Shown here: positions 50,298 to 58,242 of the stretch, piece after piece
Numbering within the stretch: the first letter of the stretch is position 1
Layout of the letters: the number at the start of each line of letters is the position of its first letter
Virus record (IMG/VR): IMGVR_UViG_3300032303_000175
Coordinates: 1 to 58,242 of that record
DNA from: a virus
Lineage: Duplodnaviria; Caudoviricetes
Direction: 5' to 3' (one strand)
Length of the DNA: 58,242 bases
The notes under the pieces: model-generated
What the model saw: only the letters and a program-made list of their open reading frames with translations
What the model was told of the DNA's origin: nothing
Database searches by the model: none
Translations under genes and position numbers: made by a program

Positions 50298-50536
50298 AAT
50301 ATGCTTTAGTATGTAAAAATGAACCAAGAGAACAAGGCTACAGAGTAGCTGAGATTGTGGATGCTATCCCTTTTGAACCAGCACCTGACCACATGTGGGT
50401 AGAGTGTGCTGATGATCTATTAGCAGATGCAAAGTGGTTTGATCCTTCAGATAATACATATAAGGATTTCCCACCACAAACTAATACACAATCATCTGGT
50501 GATCAACCAACAACAAGCGGCACACAAACAATATAA
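50294..50536 (+). CDS. Small hypothetical protein (possible fibre assembly factor)
   Basis: MKYALV..RVAEIV..WVEC; coupled to neighbours. Confidence 0.6.
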   Translation: MKYALVCKNEPREQGYRVAEIVDAIPFEPAPDHMWVECADDLLADAKWFDPSDNTYKDFPPQTNTQSSGDQPTTSGTQTI

Positions 50537-50814
50537 TGATAGGTATAGCACCACAACATACTTTTACTTATGATGGTGCACAAGTTAATGTGTATCATGC
50601 ATCAAAGGGCGAAGGACTACCTAGGCATTCTCACAACTATAGTCATGCTACTATTTGTCATAATGGTTCATGCATAGTAAGATTAGAAGGTAAAGAAAGA
50701 GTTATAAATAAGCATAGTGGTGCATTTAATCTTTCCGGCGGTGAATGGCACGAGATTGAAGCACTAGAAGACGAAACTGTATTCGTTAACGTATTCTCAG
50801 AAGGTAAGTATTAA
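50536..50814 (+). CDS. Cupin-domain protein
   Basis: LPRHSHNYSHAT..GSC..WHEIEALED. Confidence 0.75.
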   Translation: MIGIAPQHTFTYDGAQVNVYHASKGEGLPRHSHNYSHATICHNGSCIVRLEGKERVINKHSGAFNLSGGEWHEIEALEDETVFVNVFSEGKY

Positions 50815-50844
50815 TTGTACAATAAATAAGTAGTATTATATAAT
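50815..50844 (+). promoter_or_regulatory. Sigma70-like promoter ahead of the glycosyltransferase operon
   Basis: TTGTAC-N18-TATAAT, with a late-like AATAAATA in the spacer; SD gaggag at 50861. Confidence 0.5.
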
Positions 50845-50871
50845 AACTATATCATAACTTGAGGAGTAACT

Positions 50872-52473
50872 ATGTCAAGAGTGAAGTTTCACACCGTTGA
50901 CCAACCAGATTCAGATACAACAACATTCGTATTATCTTGCAATAGACTTGACGTCTTAGCCAAGACACTCCAATCATTCCATGATACACAAGACTACGTC
51001 ACTAAGATGGTGATCGTAGATGACTCTGCAGAACCTGGTGTATTTGAGAAGTTGGTCGAAGAGTATGGTGACTATTGCGATGTCATCTGTTTCCCACGAA
51101 ATCGTTCACAATGGTGGGCGATGGATTATATGGTGAGTTACTGTGATTCAGAATACATCTTTTACCTTGAAGACGATTGGGAATTCGTTAAATCAGGTTA
51201 CCTCAATCAATCAAAAGCAATCCTTAAAAAATATAGAGAAGTCGGTTGTGTCGATACATCATGGCGCACGTTTGAATTTCAAGGCATAGACTCATATCAT
51301 AAAGAGCTTATCGATGATATGTTCTATTGGAAGAGACCATGGAAGATCACAGACGGTCATGTAGCCTGGCATGCATGGGTTGGATCTCCTAACTTACGTC
51401 GTAGAGATGACCTCATCATGTTAGGTCGAGTAGAGAAGTGGCACAATGAATGGAACATCGACCGTAAATTTACAGCATTAGGTTTTAAGGGGGTATACCT
51501 AAATGGGGAATACTCTAGACACCTCGGAGATCACTGTTCACGTATGGAGGGTAAACGCCCAGATGATACTAAGATCCCATACGACTTCTATCCAAAAGAA
51601 GTACTAGAAAATCGTAGAGCTCCTTTCATTAACTATAGAGAGATGGACTGGATCTATGAGTATCCTGCAGATGTGACACTTGTTACCATGGCTGTTGATA
51701 TATCTCGTGGAGATCGTTCTTTCGAAGAACACTATATCAAAGGTCTAGATCATCTGTTATCTGTACGTAACCCGCTAATCGTCTATGCAGATCCAAAGTA
51801 TCATGACTATATTAAACAAAGGCGTAGAGAACTAAACGTAGCTACATCTAATAATAGGATTGAAGTAAGAGGTATTACACTACAAGACATCGAACACAGG
51901 ACACCATTTAAAAAGATCCAAGACGTGATATCAAGTGATAGATGGATCGATCAGTCTGGTTGGATCAGAGGATCTGCTTTAACTAATCCATACTATATAC
52001 CATTAACTCTTATTAAGAACGAATTACTTGCACAAGTCGCTAACTCAAATCCCATGGGATCTAAACGATTCTATTGGGTAGATTCAGGTATGTCAAGTAG
52101 TTTTAGCTTAACAGAACCTATAAAGACATGGAACTTCTTATTTTTACCTAAGGATAAGTTCTTCTTGACTTCATACCCATATAACACAGATTCTGAGATC
52201 CATGGGTGTAATATAAATACAATGACAGACATAGTAGGCACTAAGCCAGAATATGTTTGTCGTGCAACACTATTTGGTGGGTCTAAAGAACAGATCGCAG
52301 AGTTCAACGACAAATACTTTGATATAATTAAACAATGTCTAGAAAAAGGTACTATCGGTACGGAAGAAGCAATATTTACTATGGTAGAAATGATGAATCC
52401 TGATCTTGTAAATCGTTATGCAATGCCAAATGGCGATATTAAAAATTATTTGAACACTATAAGGAATAGATGA
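50872..52473 (+). CDS. Two-domain glycosyltransferase (GT2-like + HtrL/YibB-like)
   Basis: LSCNR..IVDD..YLEDDW; C-terminal VTLVT..YWVDSG..LFGG..GTEE. Confidence 0.78.
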   Translation: MSRVKFHTVDQPDSDTTTFVLSCNRLDVLAKTLQSFHDTQDYVTKMVIVDDSAEPGVFEKLVEEYGDYCDVICFPRNRSQWWAMDYMVSYCDSEYIFYLEDDWEFVKSGYLNQSKAILKKYREVGCVDTSWRTFEFQGIDSYHKELIDDMFYWKRPWKITDGHVAWHAWVGSPNLRRRDDLIMLGRVEKWHNEWNIDRKFTALGFKGVYLNGEYSRHLGDHCSRMEGKRPDDTKIPYDFYPKEVLENRRAPFINYREMDWIYEYPADVTLVTMAVDISRGDRSFEEHYIKGLDHLLSVRNPLIVYADPKYHDYIKQRRRELNVATSNNRIEVRGITLQDIEHRTPFKKIQDVISSDRWIDQSGWIRGSALTNPYYIPLTLIKNELLAQVANSNPMGSKRFYWVDSGMSSSFSLTEPIKTWNFLFLPKDKFFLTSYPYNTDSEIHGCNINTMTDIVGTKPEYVCRATLFGGSKEQIAEFNDKYFDIIKQCLEKGTIGTEEAIFTMVEMMNPDLVNRYAMPNGDIKNYLNTIRNR

Positions 52474-53111
52474 TGAGAGACGTTGAGTATGACCAGCAGA
52501 CCCATAAAGATAAGTTAGCGCATTCTAATTTTGCTATTGACCTGTTACAAAAATCTATTGGTATGCAAGATTTTTCAAGAGCAATCCATGTATGTCATTA
52601 TGTATTAGAAACCCAAGATTTACCAGGAGATATGGTAGAATTTGGTTGTTATAAAGGTGATACGTCTAAGTTGATGTCATTCTTATCTAACAAAACCTTA
52701 TATGTATTTGACAGCTTTGATGGGTTACCACAATCAGCAGAAAATGTTCCAGGTGAAATGAAGATGCCTATAAATGAATTTGCAGATAACTTTGTTGGGT
52801 CTGGCATAAGGATGCCATATATTAGACAAGGTTGGTTCAGAGATTTAAAACCCGAACACCTCCCAGAAAAAATATCATTTGCTCATTTAGACGGAGATCT
52901 TTATGACAGCACCTTAGATTCATTAAAATTAATATACGATAGATTAGTTCCAGACGCCATCATTTTAATTGACGATTATGGTCATGATAAATATTGGACG
53001 GGAGTAAAACAAGCTGCATTAGAATTCTTTGCAGATAAGCCCGAAAAGATAGTTGAGTTGAAAGGTATGCAAGGAACTTTAGCATATAAAGCATTAATTA
53101 AAAAATTATAA
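52470..53111 (+). CDS. TylF/MycF-family O-methyltransferase
   Basis: GDMVEFGCYKG, FDSFDGLP, GWF, HLDGDLYDST, IDDYG. Confidence 0.92.
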   Translation: MMRDVEYDQQTHKDKLAHSNFAIDLLQKSIGMQDFSRAIHVCHYVLETQDLPGDMVEFGCYKGDTSKLMSFLSNKTLYVFDSFDGLPQSAENVPGEMKMPINEFADNFVGSGIRMPYIRQGWFRDLKPEHLPEKISFAHLDGDLYDSTLDSLKLIYDRLVPDAIILIDDYGHDKYWTGVKQAALEFFADKPEKIVELKGMQGTLAYKALIKKL

Positions 53112-53129
53112 ATTGAAAGGTGAATTAAA

Positions 53130-54809
53130 TTGAGATTCCATATCCTAGGGTTGCCGCATACAGTATCAAGTAAAGAATACGTTGCTTGTGCATATACACA
53201 GAAAGTAGTTAAGTTTGCAAAGATGATGACTGATCGTGGTCATACAGTAATTCACTATGGTCATGAAGACTCTGACCTACAATGTACAGAGCATGTGCCA
53301 GTCACTACAAACAAAGACCTTGAGATCGCTTATGGCTCACATGATTGGAGAAAAAACTTCTTCAAGTTTGATACTGGCGATCATGCATATCAAACATTCT
53401 ATAAGAATGCTATCGTTGAAGTAGGTAAACGTAAACAAAAGAACGACTTCATCTTACCATTCTGGGGATCAGGTACTCGTCCAGTATGTGATGCTCATCC
53501 AGATCTAATCGTTGTTGAACCAGGTATCGGTTATGCTGGTGGCCATTGGGCTAAATTTAAGATCTTTGAATCATATGCTATCATGCATGCGTACTACGGT
53601 CTTGAAGCTGTTGGTATGTGTAAGAATAACTTCTATGATGTTGTCATCCCAAATTACTTTGATGTTGATGACTTCACTTACGCTCCTGAAACTAAAGAAG
53701 ACTATTGCTTATTCTTAGGTCGAGTCTATGAAGGTAAAGGTATTCACGTGGCTATCCAAGCTACTGAACGTGCTGGCATGAAGCTTAAAGTTGCTGGTCA
53801 AAATAACCTTGAAGCATGTGGATACAAAGAGATCCCATCACACGTTGAATTTATCGGCTATGCTGACGTAGAAAAACGTAGAGAACTTATGTCAAAGGCT
53901 AAGGTATCATTCGTAGCATCTATGTACGTTGAACCATTTGGTGGTGTACAGATCGAGAACTTATTCTCTGGTACTCCTACTATTACTACTGATTGGGGTT
54001 CATTTACCGAAAATAATATTCATGGTGTTACAGGATATCGTTGCCGTACTATGGAAGAGTTTGTATGGGCATTGAAAAACATTGATCGTATTAACCCACA
54101 AGATTGTAGAGATTGGGCATTGAGAAACTTTGCACTTGAAAAAGTAGCTAAGATGTATGAAGAATACTTCCAATCTGTACTCAATATCCATGGTGGCGCT
54201 GGTTGGTATACAGAGAATCCTGGTCGTTCAGACATGGACTATGCAGTCAAGCATTATCCAGGTCGTGCAGACCCGATCGACTATAACTACATCGAAGCTG
54301 AAGAGAGACCATGCGCTGCACGTATCGCAGAATGGATCAAAAAGAACTTAGATCCTAAATCATTACTTGATATTGGTTCAGGTCCAGGCATGTATGTAGA
54401 TGAGCTTATCAAAGCTGGAGTCCCATCATTTGGTATTGATATCGATGATCGTGTAGAAGGTAAAGACTACCTTGCAAAAGAAAGCATCTTTGATACTGAA
54501 CGCACTGCTGATACAGTCATCTGCTTTGAGGTATTAGAGCACATCGACCCAGCATATGCAGACCAAGAAGTAGAAGCATTATATAATGCTATCAAACCAG
54601 GTGGTACAATGATATTCACTGCAGCACAACCGGGTCAAGGAGGAGTAGCTCATATCAACTGTCGTAAGAAAGAGTATTGGCTCAAGAAGTTTACAGATAA
54701 GGGTTTGATCTATATGCCTGGATTGACTAATGAATTAATTGACTTTGAGAGACAAGGATGCCATATGGGTTGGTTCGTAAACAACGTTATGATATTTAAG
54801 AAGACATAG
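53130..54809 (+). CDS. GT4-family glycosyltransferase fused to a class I SAM methyltransferase
   Basis: [22 protein letters not shown]; C-terminal [16 protein letters not shown]. Confidence 0.88.
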   Translation: MRFHILGLPHTVSSKEYVACAYTQKVVKFAKMMTDRGHTVIHYGHEDSDLQCTEHVPVTTNKDLEIAYGSHDWRKNFFKFDTGDHAYQTFYKNAIVEVGKRKQKNDFILPFWGSGTRPVCDAHPDLIVVEPGIGYAGGHWAKFKIFESYAIMHAYYGLEAVGMCKNNFYDVVIPNYFDVDDFTYAPETKEDYCLFLGRVYEGKGIHVAIQATERAGMKLKVAGQNNLEACGYKEIPSHVEFIGYADVEKRRELMSKAKVSFVASMYVEPFGGVQIENLFSGTPTITTDWGSFTENNIHGVTGYRCRTMEEFVWALKNIDRINPQDCRDWALRNFALEKVAKMYEEYFQSVLNIHGGAGWYTENPGRSDMDYAVKHYPGRADPIDYNYIEAEERPCAARIAEWIKKNLDPKSLLDIGSGPGMYVDELIKAGVPSFGIDIDDRVEGKDYLAKESIFDTERTADTVICFEVLEHIDPAYADQEVEALYNAIKPGGTMIFTAAQPGQGGVAHINCRKKEYWLKKFTDKGLIYMPGLTNELIDFERQGCHMGWFVNNVMIFKKT

Positions 54810-54818
54810 TCATTTTCT

Positions 54819-54826
54819 TATAAATA
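54819..54826 (+). promoter_or_regulatory. Late promoter TATAAATA
   Basis: Exact consensus, intergenic; followed by a short hairpin taagaata-tca-tattctta. Confidence 0.78.
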
Positions 54827-54854
54827 ATAAGAATATCATATTCTTAGGTAACAC

Positions 54855-56693
54855 ATGGCTCAAGCAGCAAGATATATCCTACTAACCTCTGGTACAAGCT
54901 GGACGGTTCCATCTGATTGGAATACCGTCGGTAGTGTTATCCATCTTATTGGTGGAGGCGGTGGTGGATCTACCGGAGGCGGTGGCGGAGGCGGCGGAGC
55001 GTATGTTCAATTACGTCAAGTTAATGTTAATCCTGGAGATTCTGTAGCCTATACCATCGGTAGTGGTGGAACTAATTCGGGCACACCTACTGGAGGCGGT
55101 TTAACATCTATAGATGTTAATAGTGTAACATATAACGCTAATGGTGGAAATCCTGCGGCGGCTTCATCAGGCGGTCAGGGTGGTTCTGCTTTATTAGTAT
55201 TTGGATTATTAGTAACAATTAGTCATGCTGGAGGTAATGGTGCTAACACTGATGGTGGTGGCGGTGGTGCTGCTGGTCCGAATGGTCCTGGAAATTCTGG
55301 TTCTACTACTGTTGGTGGATCGGGCGGTGGCAATCCTGGTGCATTTGGTGGAGCTGGTGGGAATAATAGCAATGGTTATGCTGGAACTGAAATATGGCCA
55401 AATACTGCTGGATCAGGCGGCGGCGCAGGAAAAAATGCTAGCGGTGGATTATATGGCGGCGGAGGTGGTGGAGGTCCAAGTGCGAGTGGTACTGGCGGAC
55501 AAGGTGCCATCATCATTGTATACTACCCAAATCAATCAGGCTACATAAAACCAGATGATGTATTCGGATCTGTAGACCTCGACGACGAGTATATCACTGA
55601 AGCACAGTTAATCGACAAGTACGTGGGTAATGGGCTGTGGGCATGGGGACTAAACTTAAATGGTCAATTAGGCCAGTCAGACATAGTCTATAAATCAAGC
55701 CCTGTTCAAGTAGGATCATTAACTAACTGGAAGTTGGTGCAAGGTGGTCGCTATTATACACATGCTATTAAGACAGATGGTACTTTATGGACTCAAGGGC
55801 GTAATAGTAGTACTAACGGTGCTTTAGGATTAAATGACATTGTAGATCGATCTAGTCCTGTCCAGGTAGGATCATTGACTAATTGGAAACAGATATCATT
55901 AAAGAATCTTCATCCAGTTGCCATCACTACTAATGGTGGATTGTGGACATGGGGACTAAACCCTAATGGTCAATTAGGATTACTAGATATTGCCCATAGA
56001 TCAAGTCCAGTTCAAGTAGGATCATTGACTAATTGGAAACTTGCCGAGGCAGGTGGTTATCATACATCAGCAATTAAGACTGATGGTACACTATGGACAT
56101 GGGGAATAAACATCGATGGTCAACTAGGTCTAAATGACATAACCCATCGATCCAGTCCAGTCCAAGTAGGATCATTGACTAATTGGAAACAAGTGGCAAA
56201 TGGTTTCTATCACTCAGTTGCAATTAAGACTGATGGTACACTATGGACATGGGGACGAAACGATAATGGTCAATTAGGATTACTAGACATAACCCATCGA
56301 TCCAGTCCAGTCCAAGTAGGATCATTGACTAATTGGAAACAAGTGGCAAACACTGTAACTTCTACGGCTGCGATCAAGACTGATGGTACCTTATGGTATT
56401 GGGGATCTAATAGCAGCGGAGCAGGCGGTCTCGGTGACACAACACATAGATCAAGTCCAACTCAAGTAGGATCATTGACTAATTGGAAACAAGTGGCAGG
56501 GAATACTTTTATAGCAGCCGTCAAGACCGATGGTACATTATGGATGTGGGGACTTAATGGTCAAGGCCAACTAGGACAACAAGATAGAGTCCATAGATCA
56601 AGCCCTGTTCAAGTAGGATCATTAACTAACTGGAAGCAAGTGATGGCTGGTTACTCTTTCACAGCAGCAATCCCCTTCGCAGACATAACATAA
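54855..56693 (+). CDS. Glycine-rich domain + 7 RCC1-like repeats (beta-propeller), candidate receptor-binding protein
   Basis: Seven SSP[V/T]QVGSLTNWK units with KTDGTLWTWG..GQLG. Confidence 0.88.
   Translation: MAQAARYILLTSGTSWTVPSDWNTVGSVIHLIGGGGGGSTGGGGGGGGAYVQLRQVNVNPGDSVAYTIGSGGTNSGTPTGGGLTSIDVNSVTYNANGGNPAAASSGGQGGSALLVFGLLVTISHAGGNGANTDGGGGGAAGPNGPGNSGSTTVGGSGGGNPGAFGGAGGNNSNGYAGTEIWPNTAGSGGGAGKNASGGLYGGGGGGGPSASGTGGQGAIIIVYYPNQSGYIKPDDVFGSVDLDDEYITEAQLIDKYVGNGLWAWGLNLNGQLGQSDIVYKSSPVQVGSLTNWKLVQGGRYYTHAIKTDGTLWTQGRNSSTNGALGLNDIVDRSSPVQVGSLTNWKQISLKNLHPVAITTNGGLWTWGLNPNGQLGLLDIAHRSSPVQVGSLTNWKLAEAGGYHTSAIKTDGTLWTWGINIDGQLGLNDITHRSSPVQVGSLTNWKQVANGFYHSVAIKTDGTLWTWGRNDNGQLGLLDITHRSSPVQVGSLTNWKQVANTVTSTAAIKTDGTLWYWGSNSSGAGGLGDTTHRSSPTQVGSLTNWKQVAGNTFIAAVKTDGTLWMWGLNGQGQLGQQDRVHRSSPVQVGSLTNWKQVMAGYSFTAAIPFADIT
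55630..56650 (+). repeat. About 150-nt tandem repeats encoding RCC1 blades
   Basis: caagtaggatcatt(g/a)actaa(t/c)tggaa recurs seven times with at most minor variation. Confidence 0.88.
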
Positions 56694-56718
56694 ATAGAAT
56701 AAACATAGGAAGACACAC

Positions 56719-57357
56719 ATGGCATACCTCTTAGCAAAAGACAAACAACAAGTGATCCTCGGCCCGATGCCTTGGAAAGCACGCTATATCCAGTCAGAAC
56801 TCAATGACCTAGTAGATGCAGGAGAAAAAGCTACAGCTTTCACCATCTCACCGACAGAATCTGGCTATGTAGATTGTCTAGACGGTTACGAACTTATCCC
56901 TGTAGAATTTACCTTCGCAGACCATGATCCAGTATACCAGCACCTCGAGGGACCTTTCTATACTTACGAAGGCAACGCAGCGACGGGATACTACAACGTA
57001 TTAGACACAGACATCTCACTAGTCAAGCCAACACTAAAGAACAAAGCAAAGACAGAGAGACAACGTAAGCAGACACTAGGCACTACGGTGACTATCAACG
57101 GTAACGTATATCGTGTAGCTACAGATGATGCAGAACTACAGAAGTACATCGCGGCTAAAGAGTCTATCGGTGAAGCCTCTATCAACTGGAAGTTTGGTAA
57201 CACGTTCGAGACGATCGATGCTGCTGGACTACAGACAGTGATCGATGCTATCCGTGCATACGTACAAGCTCAGTTCGACTGGGAAAAAGGTATCTATGAC
57301 GCGATCGATGCAGCAACAGACATAGCAGCACTCAAAGCAATCAACATCTTAGGCTAA
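56719..57357 (+). CDS. DUF4376-like fibre assembly protein
   Basis: ILGPMPW; C-terminal INWK..AYVQAQFDWE..IDAA; CATAAATA upstream. Confidence 0.65.
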   Translation: MAYLLAKDKQQVILGPMPWKARYIQSELNDLVDAGEKATAFTISPTESGYVDCLDGYELIPVEFTFADHDPVYQHLEGPFYTYEGNAATGYYNVLDTDISLVKPTLKNKAKTERQRKQTLGTTVTINGNVYRVATDDAELQKYIAAKESIGEASINWKFGNTFETIDAAGLQTVIDAIRAYVQAQFDWEKGIYDAIDAATDIAALKAINILG

Positions 57358-57358
57358 C

Positions 57359-58242
57359 ATGGCATTAGTTTCATTAACAAAGTATATCTTACTGACTTCA
57401 GGTACGTCCTGGACAGTACCATCCGACTTTACCACTGGAACTGTCCATCTCATTGGTGGTGGAGGTGCAGGAAATTCCGCAGGAAATAAAACTGGTGGTG
57501 GTGGTGGTGGATATGGTGCAATTACTTCTTTTAGCCCTACTGCAGGTTCTTCGTTTACTTATGCTATTGGTGCAGCTGGTACTTCTAATGGTGCTGGTGG
57601 AAATACTACGTTTACTGTAGGTGCAACTACAGTGACAGCTGGTGGAGGAGGAGCAGGAACATCTGGAGCAGGCGGTACTGGTGGATCTTCAACTACATAT
57701 CTATATTCTGCTGGGTCGGTGTTTATACTTTCATCAGGTAGCAATAACGGAGGTTCAGGTAGTAGTTTAATATCTGGAGGCGGTGGTGGTGGCGCTGGTG
57801 GGACAATCACTAATGGGGTTTCTGGTGGCAGTGGATCTACTGGTGGTGCAGGTAATGGAGGAGCAGGTGGAGCTGCTGGTTTACCTGGAACAGAAATTGG
57901 TGGATTATACGGATCAGGTGGTGGAGCGAGTGCGGGTGGTACTGCTGGTCTATATGGAGGAGGAGGATGTGGAGGAGTTGTATCAGGCGCTGGAGCACAA
58001 GGTGCGATCATCATTCAGTATACTATATCGTTCGACACATCCACCACAGGATTCAAAACAAAAGACCCAAACACCAGTAACTCACAAGACCTCGGTCAAC
58101 GCTACATAACGAAAGACTACTTACTCGACGTATACCCAAACATCGTAGGACAGACAGGTAACAGGACATCACCTGGATTGTATGCATGGGGCGCTAATAA
58201 TAACGGTGCTCTAGGTCTTAGTGATATAACACATAGATCAAG
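57359..58242 (+). CDS. Second glycine-rich + RCC1-repeat protein, truncated by window end (absent from ORF track)
   Basis: MALVSLTKYILLTSGTSWTVPSD..HLIGGGG..GLYAWGANNNGALGLSDITHRS; paralog of 54855. Confidence 0.85.
   Translation, partial: MALVSLTKYILLTSGTSWTVPSDFTTGTVHLIGGGGAGNSAGNKTGGGGGGYGAITSFSPTAGSSFTYAIGAAGTSNGAGGNTTFTVGATTVTAGGGGAGTSGAGGTGGSSTTYLYSAGSVFILSSGSNNGGSGSSLISGGGGGGAGGTITNGVSGGSGSTGGAGNGGAGGAAGLPGTEIGGLYGSGGGASAGGTAGLYGGGGCGGVVSGAGAQGAIIIQYTISFDTSTTGFKTKDPNTSNSQDLGQRYITKDYLLDVYPNIVGQTGNRTSPGLYAWGANNNGALGLSDITHRS

Noticed and set aside
55630-56650. Regularly spaced DNA repeats resembling a CRISPR array or a DGR
   Set aside because: The period is about 150 nt and in frame, encoding RCC1 blades. 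There are no cas genes, no reverse transcriptase and no evident adenine-specific template/variable pair in the window.
57559-58109. Pro-rich minus-strand ORF and 108-aa plus-strand ORF from the track
   Set aside because: Both are shadows of the real Gly-rich gene starting at 57359, which the track missed because it runs off the window.

Overview
This window is a segment of a large, AT-rich T4-like myovirus genome, with the gene layout of the environmental/cyanophage-like branch; the host cannot be determined from the window. It has four parts. (1) 44-6194: gp32 followed by a minus-strand tail/head block (tape measure, gp51, gp26, gp16, gp54, gp2, gp4). (2) 6241-29204: a baseplate block (gp48, gp53, hub, gp5, PAAR, gp25, gp6, gp7, gp8, a DUF4815/VrlC-like protein) plus short fibres. 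(3) 29189-40864: an 11.7-kb protein-modification cluster with five radical SAM enzymes (one B12-type), one JmjC and four 2OG-Fe(II) oxygenases, surrounding a late-promoter-driven 190-aa protein that ends in CHASCHSSCHGSRGRR. (4) 40900-58242: Pro-poor collagen-like fibres, a glycosyltransferase/O-methyltransferase operon and RCC1-repeat proteins. The best candidate for an undescribed system is the RiPP-like maturation cluster acting on the (CHxS)3 tail of a probable virion protein. Other strong leads are a probable -1 frameshift fusing gp26 to gp51 just upstream of the tape measure gene, and a fibre-glycosylation system that may use a GA[T/S]G sequon. All calls come from motif recognition and synteny by eye; no database searches were run. 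I saw no tRNA, rRNA, CRISPR array, integrase or transposase.
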